A stretch of 64,000 bases of DNA from a bacterium (GTDB lineage Bacteria > Acidobacteriota > Blastocatellia > HR10), in the NCBI GenBank assembly GCA_041640655.1, contig JBEPZV010000003.1, forward strand, positions 32,001-96,000, read 5' to 3'. Below, piece by piece: positions 23,643 through 34,245 of this stretch (position 1 is the stretch's first letter; every line of letters starts with the position of its first letter). Both the position numbers and the translations under genes were made by a program. The notes under the pieces were generated by a model. It was not told the DNA's origin and searched no databases. It saw only the letters and a list, made by a program, of their open reading frames with translations.

Positions 23643-24152
23643 TCACCACTCCCCGGACTTGATCATCTTCCTGATCTTTCGCTCCAGGAGATCGCGCTTG
23701 AGCGGGCTCAAGCGGGAGATGTAGAGCCGCCCATCCAGATGATCCACCTCATGGCAGACGCAGCGCGCGGCCAATCCCGTCACCTCCAGCGTGATCTCCC
23801 GCTGATCGAGATCGAGCCCGCGCGCGAGGACGCGATACGGGCGCGCGACCTTGGCGTAGAGGCCTGGGAGACTCAAACACCCTTCCTCCTCGACGACTTC
23901 ACCTTCAGTCGCGAGGATCTCGGGATTGATGAGCACGACGCGCTCGGCGGCGTCACGGCCGCCACTGCAATCCATGACGAAGAGGCGGCGATTGATGCCG
24001 ATCTGCGGAGCCGCCAAACCGACGCCGCGCGCCGCGTACATCGTCTCGAACATGTCCTCGACGAGCCGTCGCAGCTCATCGGTGAACTCCGTCACCGGTT
24101 CTGACGGTCGCACGAGCCGCGGATCGCCATACTTGAGAATGTCCCGAACCAA
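23643..24152 (-). CDS. def: Peptide deformylase
   Basis: GVGLAAPQIG, EGCLS, HEVDH; TTG start after GGGGAG. Confidence 0.97.
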   Translation of the reverse strand: MVRDILKYGDPRLVRPSEPVTEFTDELRRLVEDMFETMYAARGVGLAAPQIGINRRLFVMDCSGGRDAAERVVLINPEILATEGEVVEEEGCLSLPGLYAKVARPYRVLARGLDLDQREITLEVTGLAARCVCHEVDHLDGRLYISRLSPLKRDLLERKIRKMIKSGEW

Positions 24153-24233
24153 GGCCTTCTCCCCTCGATGCGAGCGCGATTTTCATCCGGCGAGATTCAA
24201 ACCGTCGTTTTTACTCCACCTTCCCTTCGCCTG

Positions 24234-25103
24234 TCAACTTCCAAGCGCCAGACGCGCCAAGCATTCCCGGAGCAAGGCGCGCATGCTCGGAGCCGGCGCA
24301 TACAGGCGACGGCCGTGCCCGGGAAGCACCCACTCGAAGCGAACGTCCAGAAGCCGCTCGAGCGAGCGCACCTGCTCCTCCCAGGAATACCAGCAGACGC
24401 GCCGCGAGGCGACCACCTCTCCCCGCTCATTTCCCCACAAGTGATCTCCGGAGAAGAGATACCGCTCCCGATAGAGCAAGACCTGATGTCCGGGCGTGTG
24501 CCCCGGCGTGGGGATCACCAGAAGATCGTCCTCCAGCAGGACCGGATCTCGTCCGGCGAGCACGATCTCCACATCGCGCGTCGCGCGCGTCAGATCCGCG
24601 CGATGCAAAACGCGGCGACACCCGAAATGCCGATGGAATTTCTCGTGATCGGCGACGTCATCCCGATGCGTGAGGAACATGAGGGCGACGCCGCCCATCG
24701 CCTCCAAGCGCCGCACCAGCGGCCTCGTGAATCGCGGAGAATCCACGAGCACATTCCCCTGCGGGCGAAGGATCAGGTAGCTCGACGCGCCGAACGAACG
24801 CTCAGAAGCGAATCCGCAGAAGTAGACGTTCTCCGAGATCGGCTCGGGGAAAGCCGCGATGGCCGCTCGGAGGTCCTGTTTGCGCAGCGTTCCGATGGAG
24901 GCCGTCGGACAGGTCACAAGGGCCATCTGCGCTCGGAGCCGCTCCTGGGGCGACTCCGGTTGATGGTACACGATCGCCTGCCCGCGATGAGCCCGAAAGA
25001 CGGAGGGAGCGATCTGACGACAGTGATCGCAATCAATGCAACTTGTGTCCACGAAGAATTCTCCCGGAGCATTCTCGGTTCGCCGCGCCTGCCATCGCGC
25101 CAT
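24234..25103 (-). CDS. Ferredoxin-domain / MBL-fold metallo-hydrolase fusion
   Basis: ATG 25103 after AAGGAG. N-terminal CIDCDHC...CP Fe-S motif; MBL motifs VLVDSP, THRDDVADH, TPGHTPGH, FSGDH, LPGHG. Confidence 0.85.
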   Translation of the reverse strand: MARWQARRTENAPGEFFVDTSCIDCDHCRQIAPSVFRAHRGQAIVYHQPESPQERLRAQMALVTCPTASIGTLRKQDLRAAIAAFPEPISENVYFCGFASERSFGASSYLILRPQGNVLVDSPRFTRPLVRRLEAMGGVALMFLTHRDDVADHEKFHRHFGCRRVLHRADLTRATRDVEIVLAGRDPVLLEDDLLVIPTPGHTPGHQVLLYRERYLFSGDHLWGNERGEVVASRRVCWYSWEEQVRSLERLLDVRFEWVLPGHGRRLYAPAPSMRALLRECLARLALGS

Positions 25104-25253
25104 ATCGCTCTCCTTCGACTCAAGCGTAGACGCTTCGAGGTCGTGGGGGCAAGCGCGAGCATCGGCTTCGCTCCTCCTCAAGCGCCGATTCACAGATTCC
25201 GCGTGGGGTCTCGCTCGCGCACGGCGAAGTCACCGTTCAGCTCGGAGGCTTGG

Positions 25254-25282
25254 TTGACACCCTGCCGGACTTCGAGTATTCT
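25254..25282 (+). promoter_or_regulatory. Putative rpmH operon promoter
   Basis: TTGACA-17-TATTCT. Confidence 0.7.
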
Positions 25283-25351
25283 CTTGGACTTTGGGGACTT
25301 GGCAGGCCGGAAGCGACAGGTCGCACCCTGAGGCGTAGGGAGCGGTGAACG

Positions 25352-25495
25352 ATGAAGCGCACGTATCAGCCAAATAATCGGCGCCGAGCTAAGACGCACG
25401 GGTTCCGAGCGCGAATGAGCACGAAAGCCGGACGCGAGGTCCTGAGGCGGCGTCGTCGAAAGGGGCGTTATCGGCTCACGCCGGAGCACTATTGA
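25352..25495 (+). CDS. rpmH: 50S ribosomal protein L34 (absent from the ORF track, 47 aa)
   Basis: Translated by hand: [47 protein letters not shown]. Confidence 0.98.
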   Translation: MKRTYQPNNRRRAKTHGFRARMSTKAGREVLRRRRRKGRYRLTPEHY

Positions 25496-25568
25496 TCGAG
25501 AGGCCTCGACACTTGGGAGCTTTCCAGTTGGGCTTCTGTGAGGCCCTCGCGCGAACGGACGCATAGAC

Positions 25569-26051
25569 ATGCCGGATGAGCGGTTCCGAAAATCGGAACG
25601 ATTGCGCCGACGACGCGATTTCCTCAAGGTCTACGCCGAAGGCGCGCGCTACAGCTCTCGCCTCTTCACGATCTTCGCGCGCGCGAACGATCAGCCCGTC
25701 AGCCGGTTGGGCATCACGGTCTCTCGAAAGATCGGGAAAGCCGTTCGGCGAAACCGCGCCAAACGGCTGATCCGCGAAGTCTTTCGTAAGAACAAGGCGC
25801 GGCTTCCCCGCCCGCTTGATCTCGTCGTGAATGTGAAGGAGGCCATTCGAGACGCCGATTACCGGGCCGTGGAAGCCGAATTCCTGCGCCTGATCGAACG
25901 CATGAGCCGGGACCTGTGCGATCGGAAGCCCGCGCCCTCGCGGGGATCAGCCGATGAGCCTTCGGGCACAGCTCAAGGCGCGACGCTGGCGATCGAGCCC
26001 ACTGCCCTGAGACGCATGGGGCTTCTTCCGAGCCTCACGGCAGCGCTATGA
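25569..26051 (+). CDS. rnpA: Ribonuclease P protein component (with ~45-aa C-terminal extension)
   Basis: [30 protein letters not shown] (RNR motif); stop overlaps the yidD start (ATGA). Confidence 0.95.
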   Translation: MPDERFRKSERLRRRRDFLKVYAEGARYSSRLFTIFARANDQPVSRLGITVSRKIGKAVRRNRAKRLIREVFRKNKARLPRPLDLVVNVKEAIRDADYRAVEAEFLRLIERMSRDLCDRKPAPSRGSADEPSGTAQGATLAIEPTALRRMGLLPSLTAAL

Positions 26052-26299
26052 AATGGATCGCCCTCATCGTGCTCAAAATTTACAAGTTCGGGATCTCGCC
26101 CTTGCTCCCTCCGGCGTGTCGTTTCATGCCGAGCTGCTCGGAATATGCTGGCGAAGCCATCGCGCGCTTCGGATTCTGGCGCGGCGCCTGGATGGGGTTA
26201 CGACGCCTGCTCCGCTGCCACCCCTTCCACCCAGGGGGGTATGATCCGGTTCCTCCGCTGGTCCCCCCCTCGGATCATCTTCAATCCCCGGTGAGGTGA
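26048..26299 (+). CDS. yidD: Membrane protein insertion efficiency factor YidD
   Basis: [18 protein letters not shown]...[17 protein letters not shown]. Confidence 0.95.
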   Translation: MKWIALIVLKIYKFGISPLLPPACRFMPSCSEYAGEAIARFGFWRGAWMGLRRLLRCHPFHPGGYDPVPPLVPPSDHLQSPVR

Positions 26300-26306
26300 G
26301 ATCTCG

Positions 26307-28058
26307 ATGGAGAAGCGCGTCCTTCTGGCCTTCATCCTCTCGACGACGATCCTGGCGCTCTGGTACTACTTCTTCGCTCCCTCTCCGCTGCAGCCGACCC
26401 CATCGCAGAAGCCAGCCGCTGCTCCCACTCGCGCGGCAGACGAAGCCAAGACACCGGCCGAGACTCCTGAAGCACCTCCGGCCGCCTCCGTCCCCGAGCG
26501 CGAGATCCGTATTGAGACCCCTCTTTGGACGGCCATCTTCCATAATCGCGGCGCCGTCGCGCGAAGCTGGAATGTTCACCATCGCCCGAATGGACAGATT
26601 CTGCTGGGGGCCGATCGGCGCCCCTTGGAGCTCATTCCTCAGGAACGTGAAGTCATCGAGAAGCTCGGCCGTCCTTTTGCGCTCAGAAGCCCTGAGGCTC
26701 AGCTCGATCGGATACTCCAAACGGCGACGTATGCCGTTGCGATAGAAGACTCCGCGCTCCGGATCGAAAAGGGAGAGACGCGCCAGCTCACCTTCACTTA
26801 TGAAGATCCGGCGCGCGAGCTTCGGGTCCAGAAGACCTTCACGTTCTTCGGAGACCGCTACGACTTTCGGCTCTCGATCTCGGCCACGCGCGCCGGACGC
26901 CCGCTTGAGGTCGCCCTCGTCCTCGGACCGAGCTTCGGCGATCAGAGCATTCGCCGCAGCGACACGTATACGAAGACCCCACCCATCGCCGTCGTGCGCG
27001 CGCGAGAGGAGACCCACCGCGTTCACGCCGAGAAAGTGCCCAAGGAGCCACCGCAAGGCCCCATCACCTGGGCGGGGATCGAAGATAACTACTTCGCTCT
27101 GGTCGCCATTCCGACGGCGCCGACATCGCGGGTGAGCTTCTCAACGCACGCGCTCAAGGAGACGATCGAGGACGAGGAGATCACGCGCCATTTCATCGCC
27201 GTGACGCTTCCCATGAGCGCGCCGCAGGAGTTCACGGTATTCGCGGGCCCGAAGGATCCGCAGGTGCTCGCTGCGCTGGACGCTCGGCTGGGCGGAGTGG
27301 AACTGGAGGAGGTCATCAACTACGGCTATTTCTCCTCCGTCGTGAAGCCGCTCATCACCTGGATCTTGCTCCCGGCGCTTCACGCCGTCCACAAGCTCAC
27401 GGGGAATTACGGCGTGGGGATCATCGTCGTGACGATCGCGCTCAACCTCTTCTTCTACCCCTTGCGCCGGTCCTCCACGATCCGCATGCGAAAGGCGAGC
27501 GCTCTGCAACCCAAGATGCGCGAGCTGCAGGAGAAGATGAAGGGGCTGAAGAAGAACGATCCGCGCCTGCAGGAGCTGCAGATGGAGCAGCTTCGGCTCA
27601 TGAAAGAGGCGAACCCTTTGGGAGGATGCCTGCCGCTGCTGCTGCAACTGCCGATCTTCTGGGCGATGTTCGTCCTGCTGACGGTCAGCCTGGATGTGCG
27701 TCAGGCGCCCTTCGTCGCCTGGATTGATGACCTCTCGTCACCCGACCGATGGCACGTCCTGCCGATTCTCATGTGCGCCTCGATGATCATCTCGACGCTC
27801 ATGACGCCGACTCCAAGCAGTGATCCCTCGCAGCGCGTTCAGCGCTTCATGATGGCGTATGTGATGCCCGTTCTGCTCACCTATCTCTTCTTCTGGCGGG
27901 CTCCGAGCGGATTGGTCCTCTATTGGATGTTCAGCAATCTCGTGGGGATCGCACAGCAGCTCTTGATCAACCGCTCGCTCGGCCCACAGCCGCTGCCGGT
28001 CGCCGCCGAGCCAAACGCCCGCGGAATCTCGAAGCCGAAGGCCGCGACGAAAGGGTGA
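26307..28058 (+). CDS. yidC: Membrane protein insertase YidC
   Basis: N-terminal TM, large periplasmic domain, NPLGGCLPLLLQLPIF, WIDDLS, GLVLYWMFSN. Confidence 0.96.
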   Translation: MEKRVLLAFILSTTILALWYYFFAPSPLQPTPSQKPAAAPTRAADEAKTPAETPEAPPAASVPEREIRIETPLWTAIFHNRGAVARSWNVHHRPNGQILLGADRRPLELIPQEREVIEKLGRPFALRSPEAQLDRILQTATYAVAIEDSALRIEKGETRQLTFTYEDPARELRVQKTFTFFGDRYDFRLSISATRAGRPLEVALVLGPSFGDQSIRRSDTYTKTPPIAVVRAREETHRVHAEKVPKEPPQGPITWAGIEDNYFALVAIPTAPTSRVSFSTHALKETIEDEEITRHFIAVTLPMSAPQEFTVFAGPKDPQVLAALDARLGGVELEEVINYGYFSSVVKPLITWILLPALHAVHKLTGNYGVGIIVVTIALNLFFYPLRRSSTIRMRKASALQPKMRELQEKMKGLKKNDPRLQELQMEQLRLMKEANPLGGCLPLLLQLPIFWAMFVLLTVSLDVRQAPFVAWIDDLSSPDRWHVLPILMCASMIISTLMTPTPSSDPSQRVQRFMMAYVMPVLLTYLFFWRAPSGLVLYWMFSNLVGIAQQLLINRSLGPQPLPVAAEPNARGISKPKAATKG

Positions 28059-28120
28059 AGCAGCGCGCTCCCGGCACGAGCGAGCGGCGCGCGCCCGAAG
28101 CCCATTCCCGAGGAGGCACT

Positions 28121-28149
28121 TTGCGTCCCCTGCCCTGAGAGGACACAAT
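28121..28149 (+). promoter_or_regulatory. Possible internal promoter for mnmE-mnmG-rsmG
   Basis: TTGCGT-17-CACAAT in the yidC-mnmE gap. Confidence 0.35.
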
Positions 28150-28179
28150 ATTCACGGGTCCATCGCAGCCAGAGCGGCT

Positions 28180-29577
28180 ATGGCCTACGCATCCGAGGAC
28201 ACCATTGCTGCGATCTCGACACCGCCGGGACGAGGAGGTATCGGGATCGTCCGCCTGAGCGGGCCACGAGCCCGAGAGATCGCTCGCATCGTCTTTCACC
28301 CCAAGGCGGAAGGAGCATCGCAAGAGGCCCCCTTCTCCCCGCGACGGGCGACCTTCGGCGAAATTCGCGATCCCCGAACGGGAGATCTCCTCGATGAAGC
28401 CATCGCCACGTTCTTCCCCGGACCGCGCAGTTACACGGGTGAAGACGTCGTCGAGTTCAGCTGCCACGGGAGCCCCGTCGTGTTGCGGCGGGTCTTGGAC
28501 GTGCTCCTGGAATGTGGCGCTCGCGCCGCCGGGCCCGGAGAGTTCACCCTCCGCGCTTTCCTCAACGGACGCATAGATCTCACTCAGGCCGAGGCGATCC
28601 GCGACCTGATCGAAGCGCAGACCATCACACAAGCGCGCGTCGCGTTACGACAAATGCAAGGGAGCCTCTCCCAACGCCTCCAGCCACTTCGACAAACGCT
28701 CGTAGACGTGATCGTGCAGATGGAGACGGCCATCGAGTTCGTCGAGGATGATGTCGTGACCGAGAGCCACGCTTCTCTCCTTCGCCAGCTCGACGCGGTG
28801 ATCGCCCAGCTTGAGGAGATCGCCTCGCACTATCGCACGGGGCGCCTCGTCCGCGATGGGATCCACATCGCCATTATCGGGAAACCGAACGTGGGGAAAT
28901 CGAGCCTCTTCAATCGCCTGCTGGAGCGAGAGCGCGCCATCGTGACGGAGATCCCCGGGACGACGCGCGATATGCTCATCGAGATGGCTTCGATCGAGGG
29001 CATCCCCATTCACCTGATGGACACGGCGGGCTTACGTGAAGCGACCGATCGGGTCGAACGTCTGGGGATCGAACGCAGCCGACAAGCCATCGCCGATGCC
29101 GATCTGGTGCTCGTCGTCCTGGATGGCTCGCGGCCGCTTGAAGGGGAAGACCGCACGGTCCTGGAGGAGACCCACTCCGTCCCCAGACTCATCGTGATCA
29201 ACAAGCACGATCTCCCCGAACGGCTCGATCTGGAATCGGTCCGAGCGCTCGCTCGTGAAGCGCCGATCTGCCGCATCTCCGCCCTGACCGGTCACGGCGT
29301 GGATGAGCTGCGCCGGCAGATCCTGGAGACGATCACTTCCGGTAGCGCCTTCTCCCCCGAAGATGTTATACTCACTAATGCGCGTCATCACCGGCTGATC
29401 GTTGCTGCTCGGGAGGCGGTCCTTCAGGCGCGACGCGCGCTCATCGAGGGGTATTCGGAGGAGGTCGCCCTGGTGGGCCTGCATGACGCGCTCCGAAATT
29501 TAGGGGAGATCACGGGCGAGGTGACGATCGAGGATATCCTGGAACGCATCTTCTCGACCTTCTGCATCGGGAAATGA
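28180..29577 (+). CDS. mnmE: tRNA modification GTPase MnmE
   Basis: [34 protein letters not shown]-terminal FCIGK. Confidence 0.97.
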   Translation: MAYASEDTIAAISTPPGRGGIGIVRLSGPRAREIARIVFHPKAEGASQEAPFSPRRATFGEIRDPRTGDLLDEAIATFFPGPRSYTGEDVVEFSCHGSPVVLRRVLDVLLECGARAAGPGEFTLRAFLNGRIDLTQAEAIRDLIEAQTITQARVALRQMQGSLSQRLQPLRQTLVDVIVQMETAIEFVEDDVVTESHASLLRQLDAVIAQLEEIASHYRTGRLVRDGIHIAIIGKPNVGKSSLFNRLLERERAIVTEIPGTTRDMLIEMASIEGIPIHLMDTAGLREATDRVERLGIERSRQAIADADLVLVVLDGSRPLEGEDRTVLEETHSVPRLIVINKHDLPERLDLESVRALAREAPICRISALTGHGVDELRRQILETITSGSAFSPEDVILTNARHHRLIVAAREAVLQARRALIEGYSEEVALVGLHDALRNLGEITGEVTIEDILERIFSTFCIGK

Positions 29578-31475
29578 ACACCATGCACTGCGATGACCGT
29601 TTCGACGTGATCGTCGTCGGCGGCGGCCACGCCGGATGCGAAGCCGCTCATGCGGCCGCCCGCATGGGCTGCCGAACGGCGCTCGTGACGCTCTCGGCCG
29701 AGTTGATCGCTCAAATGTCCTGCAATCCGGCGATCGGGGGGATCGCCAAGGGCCACCTGGTGCGCGAGATTGACGCGCTAGGGGGCCTCATGGGCATCGT
29801 CACCGATCGCATCGGCATCCATTTCCGCGTCCTCAATCGAAGCCGCGGCCCAGCCGTTCAATCCCCCCGCGCCCAATGTGATCGCACCGTCTACCGCCGG
29901 GAGATGCAGCGTCAGCTCCGAGAGACACCCGGCCTTTCGATCATCGAGGGCGAAGTGGCCGATCTGCTCATCCAAGGGCGCACAATCCGCGGCATCCGCC
30001 TCGCCGATGGACGCACCTTCGCCGCCCGCGCCGTTGTGCTCACAACCGGGACGTTCCTGCGTGGCCTCATCCACATCGGGCGGTTGACCTTCCCCGCCGG
30101 ACGCTTGAGCGAAAAGCCCTCGATCGAGCTGGCTGAAACCCTCCGTCGCATCGGCTTCCGCATCGGACGCCTGAAGACCGGAACGCCACCGCGCCTCGAT
30201 GGCCGAACCATTGACTTCTCTCAGGCCGAACGCCAACCCAGCGATGATCCGCCGCAACCGTTCTCCTTCACGACGCGTGCCATCACCCAACCCCTGATTG
30301 ATTGCTTCATCGTCTACACGAACAGGAAGTCACACGAGGTCATTCGCCGAAATCTCGAAAAATCAGCCCTCTACAGCGGACAAATCCAGGGCATCGGCCC
30401 TCGTTATTGCCCCTCCATCGAGGATAAGATCGTCAAATTCCCCGACAAAGAACGACACCAGATCTTCCTCGAACCCGAAGGATACTACACCGACGAGGTC
30501 TATCCGAACGGCATTTCTTCCAGCATGCCCGTCGAAGTCCAATTGGAGTTCGTGCGAACGATTCCGGGGCTGGAGCGCGTCAAGTTCATTCGCCCAGCCT
30601 ACGCCATTGAATATGACTTCGTAGACCCTACAGAGCTGCATCCCTGGCTGGAGACCAAACGGATCGAAGGTCTTTTCCACGCTGGCCAAATCAATGGGAC
30701 AACCGGGTACGAGGAAGCCGCAGCTCAAGGCATCATGGCCGGAATCAATGCCGCTCTCCGCGTCCGAGGCGAAGACCCTCTGGTCCTCAGCCGCTCTCAG
30801 GCTTACATCGGCATCCTCATTGACGATCTCGTCACCAAAGGTGTGGACGAGCCATATCGTATGTTCACATCACGAGCTGAGTTACGATTGCTTCTTCGTC
30901 ACGACAACGCAGATATGCGATTGACCGAGATCGGACGCCGTCTTGGGTTGATCAGCAAGGATCGGTATATCGAGTTTTCAAAGAAGCGGAGAAACATAGA
31001 AATCTTGAAGCGATATTTCTTGAATACAAAAATCAGAAACGATGCTCAAGGATGGGCTCGTTTCAGCGAGGCGACCGGGATTCGCTTGGATGAGCCAACG
31101 ATTCTCGCGAAACTGGTATGTCGTCCGGAGGTGGATGCTGAACATGTCGTACTTCTTTTGCCCGACGGTTTGCGAGAACAGATAGATCGCGAAGAGCTTC
31201 GGGTCGCAGTGAATGACCTGAAGTATGCGGGATATATTGAGAGCCAGCGACAACTGGCGGAGAAGCTGGAACGGATGGAGACGCGGGTGATTCCGGAGGA
31301 TATGGATTTCACTCAGATCTCCGGCCTCTCGCGAGAGATCGTGGAGAAACTGACGCGGATTCGACCTCGGACTCTTGGGCAGGCGCGTCGGATTCCGGGT
31401 ATGACGCCAGCCGCTTTGACCCTCCTGAACATTCATCTGGAACTTCGGTCCCGGCGTGAACGAGCTCGAGCATAA
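29574..31475 (+). CDS. mnmG: tRNA uridine-5-carboxymethylaminomethyl enzyme MnmG (GidA)
   Basis: [59 protein letters not shown]. Confidence 0.97.
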   Translation: MNTMHCDDRFDVIVVGGGHAGCEAAHAAARMGCRTALVTLSAELIAQMSCNPAIGGIAKGHLVREIDALGGLMGIVTDRIGIHFRVLNRSRGPAVQSPRAQCDRTVYRREMQRQLRETPGLSIIEGEVADLLIQGRTIRGIRLADGRTFAARAVVLTTGTFLRGLIHIGRLTFPAGRLSEKPSIELAETLRRIGFRIGRLKTGTPPRLDGRTIDFSQAERQPSDDPPQPFSFTTRAITQPLIDCFIVYTNRKSHEVIRRNLEKSALYSGQIQGIGPRYCPSIEDKIVKFPDKERHQIFLEPEGYYTDEVYPNGISSSMPVEVQLEFVRTIPGLERVKFIRPAYAIEYDFVDPTELHPWLETKRIEGLFHAGQINGTTGYEEAAAQGIMAGINAALRVRGEDPLVLSRSQAYIGILIDDLVTKGVDEPYRMFTSRAELRLLLRHDNADMRLTEIGRRLGLISKDRYIEFSKKRRNIEILKRYFLNTKIRNDAQGWARFSEATGIRLDEPTILAKLVCRPEVDAEHVVLLLPDGLREQIDREELRVAVNDLKYAGYIESQRQLAEKLERMETRVIPEDMDFTQISGLSREIVEKLTRIRPRTLGQARRIPGMTPAALTLLNIHLELRSRRERARA

Positions 31476-32133
31476 AAAGCGCGCATTCTGCCACTATGTG
31501 AAGGTTTGGGCGCGACGATTTGGCTTCTCCCTCTCTGAGTCGCTCTGTGAGAAGCTCTGCGAGCACTACGGCCTACTGCTTCACTGGAACAAACGGATCA
31601 ACCTGACGCGGATCCTTGACCCCGAGGAAGCCGCCCGCTTTCACTATGTGGAGTCGCTTTATGGAGAGCGATGGCTCGATCCCTCGATCACTAAGGTCGT
31701 AGACGTGGGCTCGGGTGGGGGATTCCCTGGGATTCCCATAGCCCTGGCGCGGCCAAATATCGCGGTGGTTTTGATTGAGAAGAGTAGGAAACGAGCCGTC
31801 TTCCTCTCGGAGGCCGCGCGTCAGCTGGGGCTGGAAAATGTCGAGATCTTCTGCGAACGCTTTGAGGCCTACGAGAGTCGGGACTTCGATGGAGTCGCCT
31901 GCCGGGCACTTGAGCGGATGCGGGAGCGGGTTCCCGATCTGCTCGCCTTCGCCAAAGAGAGCGTGCAGGTCCTCCTCTTTGGCGATGAAGATCTAGAGCG
32001 CGCCGTTAGAGAATCTGCTGCTCCCAGATGGGGGGTCAACTCCATCATCATCCCATACGCTCAGGAGCGGCGCCTGATCATTCTTCGCCAGTCCAGAGGG
32101 TTCCACGTGGAACACTCCGCTTTGGAAAATTGA
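31456..32133 (+). CDS. rsmG: 16S rRNA m7G527 methyltransferase RsmG (GidB)
   Basis: [23 protein letters not shown]; lies between mnmG and parA. Confidence 0.93.
   Translation: MNELEHKKRAFCHYVKVWARRFGFSLSESLCEKLCEHYGLLLHWNKRINLTRILDPEEAARFHYVESLYGERWLDPSITKVVDVGSGGGFPGIPIALARPNIAVVLIEKSRKRAVFLSEAARQLGLENVEIFCERFEAYESRDFDGVACRALERMRERVPDLLAFAKESVQVLLFGDEDLERAVRESAAPRWGVNSIIIPYAQERRLIILRQSRGFHVEHSALEN
32099..32114. promoter_or_regulatory. parS centromere-like site
   Basis: GGTTCCACGTGGAACA: perfect 14-bp palindromic core, 15/16 match to TGTTCCACGTGGAACA; inside the rsmG 3' end. Confidence 0.88.
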
Positions 32134-32135
32134 TC

Positions 32136-32164
32136 TTTTCAATCCCTCCATTTTGTGCTATCTT
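32136..32164 (+). promoter_or_regulatory. Putative parAB promoter
   Basis: TTTTCA-17-TATCTT with extended TG (32156-32157). Confidence 0.5.
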
Positions 32165-32183
32165 GACGGCGACGCGCGAGGCC

Positions 32184-32969
32184 ATGAGTCGCACAATCGC
32201 CATTGCCAATCAGAAGGGAGGCGTGGGGAAGACCACTACAGCCGTCAATCTCTCAGCCGCGCTCGCCGCACTCGAGCGCCGCGTGCTGCTCGTGGATTTT
32301 GATCCTCAAGCCAACGCCACTTCCGGACTCGGGATTCGACGCGGCGCCGTTCGGAAATCCGTCTACCATGCCCTTATCTTCGGCGAGCCGATCGGAAATC
32401 TGATCCTGCCGACGGAGCTCCCGACGCTCTGGCTCGTCCCATCGGAGCGGAACCTCACCGGAGCCGAAGTCGAATTGGTGGATATTGAGCGGCGCGAGTA
32501 CCGCCTCCGCGAAGCTCTGGATCCCATCCGCCAAGACTTCGACTTCATCTTCATCGACTGTCCCCCATCGCTCGGACTTCTCACGCTCAATGCCTTGACG
32601 GCCGCTGACTCCGTCCTTGTGCCTATCCAGTGCGAATATTACGCCTTGGAAGGTGTCTCCGAACTCTGGGATACACTCGTCCGAATTCGACGACAGTTCA
32701 ACCCCCGGCTTCAGATCGAAGGCTTCCTCCTCACCATGCACGACGAACGCACCAATCTCTCGCACCAGGTCATGGCCGATTTGCGCGATTTCCTGGGTTC
32801 ACAGGTCTTCCAAACGGTCATCCCGCGAAACGTGCGCTTGGCCGAAGCTCCAAGTCATGGGAAGCCTATTATCCTCTATGATGATCGCTCTCGCGGAGCC
32901 GAGAGCTACCGAAATCTCGCCCTGGAGGTCCTCAATCATGACGCGAAAGGCCCTCGGCAGAGGACTTGA
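32184..32969 (+). CDS. parA: Chromosome partitioning ATPase ParA/Soj
   Basis: ATG 32184; NQKGGVGKTTT, DFDPQANAT, IDCPPSLG, IPRNVRLAEAPSHG. Confidence 0.96.
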   Translation: MSRTIAIANQKGGVGKTTTAVNLSAALAALERRVLLVDFDPQANATSGLGIRRGAVRKSVYHALIFGEPIGNLILPTELPTLWLVPSERNLTGAEVELVDIERREYRLREALDPIRQDFDFIFIDCPPSLGLLTLNALTAADSVLVPIQCEYYALEGVSELWDTLVRIRRQFNPRLQIEGFLLTMHDERTNLSHQVMADLRDFLGSQVFQTVIPRNVRLAEAPSHGKPIILYDDRSRGAESYRNLALEVLNHDAKGPRQRT

Positions 32970-33798
32970 AGCTCTTCTTGGAGAAGCCCAAGCCCTCGCA
33001 GAACAGGTCGTCGAGCTGGATATTGATCTCATTGATCCAAGTCCCTATCAACCTCGCACTCGATATGACGAACAGCGGCTGCGCGAGCTGGCTGATTCGA
33101 TCCGCACTCATGGCTTGGTACAACCGATCATCGTGCGTCGCCGTGGCCTTCGCTATGAGATCATCGCCGGGGAACGCCGATGGCGAGCGGCTCAACTGGC
33201 TGGAGCGCTGAAGATCCCGGCCGTCATCCGCGATGTCCCTGATGAACAGGTACTGGAACTCTCGCTCATTGAGAACATCCAGCGCGAAGACCTCAATCCC
33301 ATCGAGGAAGCCCAAGCCTATCAGCGGCTCATCGAACGGTTGGGACTGACCCAGGAGGAGGTCGCCCGCCGCGTCGGCCGCGATCGAACTTCGATCGCCA
33401 ATTCCCTGAGGCTCCTTCGTCTCCCTTACGAAGTCCAGACGCTCATCGAGGAAGGGAAGCTCTCCTTCGGACATGCGAAGGCCCTGCTGAGCTTGAGCTC
33501 GGCCGATGCTCAGAAACAACTGGCCCAGGAGGTCGTCACTCGAGGGCTCTCTGTTCGCGAGACTGAAGCTGCAGTGCGAAAGTGGAACGCCGAAGCTTCT
33601 CCTCAAGTCCGAAGAGGATCGGTACCGACAGACCCTCATCTTCGCGCAGCCGCCGAGCGGCTCGGCCGATACTTGGGAACAAAGGTGCGCATCCTCCACA
33701 GCGCTTCCGGTGGAAAGATCGAGATCGAATATTACTCGATGACCGATCTGGACCGCATCTATAACCTTATCCTGGGGAAAGGAGATGCCACGCCATGA
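32938..33798 (+). CDS. parB: Chromosome partitioning protein ParB/Spo0J
   Basis: ATG 32938; RKALGRGLEALL, QPR, GERRWRAA, ENIQREDL, HTH. Confidence 0.96.
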   Translation: MTRKALGRGLEALLGEAQALAEQVVELDIDLIDPSPYQPRTRYDEQRLRELADSIRTHGLVQPIIVRRRGLRYEIIAGERRWRAAQLAGALKIPAVIRDVPDEQVLELSLIENIQREDLNPIEEAQAYQRLIERLGLTQEEVARRVGRDRTSIANSLRLLRLPYEVQTLIEEGKLSFGHAKALLSLSSADAQKQLAQEVVTRGLSVRETEAAVRKWNAEASPQVRRGSVPTDPHLRAAAERLGRYLGTKVRILHSASGGKIEIEYYSMTDLDRIYNLILGKGDATP

Positions 33799-34193
33799 GA
33801 CTTCGAAAAGATTCCCCTACAGAAGTCCGCGGATTCCTCGATGATGGGACGGAGATCATCGGAGACCTCAAGTTCTCAGACGTCCTTCACCTTCATGGAC
33901 ACATCAAAGGGAGGGTGATCTCCGAAGGAGAGCTCGTCGTCGGAGAAAAGGGGATCATCGAAGGGGACGTCGAGGTGGGCATTTTGACCCTTGGAGGAAC
34001 GCTCATCGGAAATATCATCGCGAAGAAAAAGGTGCACTTTCTGAATACGGCTCGCATCCGGGGGGATGTCGCAACGCCCATCCTTCGCGTAGATGAAGGA
34101 GCCATGTGGGAAGGAAGCATCACGACCACGCTCCAAGAGAAATCGCCAGAACATTTCGTTCATGCCGCCGGAGAAGTCGAAGCCACTCACTGA
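33795..34193 (+). CDS. Bactofilin (polymer-forming cytoskeletal protein, DUF583)
   Basis: Beta-helix Gly/hydrophobic hexad pattern (IIGDL, IKGRV, IEGDV, LIGNI, IRGDV, WEGSI); ATGA overlap with parB. Confidence 0.9.
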   Translation: MRLRKDSPTEVRGFLDDGTEIIGDLKFSDVLHLHGHIKGRVISEGELVVGEKGIIEGDVEVGILTLGGTLIGNIIAKKKVHFLNTARIRGDVATPILRVDEGAMWEGSITTTLQEKSPEHFVHAAGEVEATH

Positions 34194-34245
34194 GGGCTTG
34201 ACGCCTTGGGGTCTCAACCCTCACAATCGCTAAGGAGCATGGACT

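Noticed and set aside
25900..26051. RnpA C-terminal extension as a new domain
   Set aside because: Low-complexity tail ending in an ATGA overlap with yidD; most simply explained by stop-codon drift.
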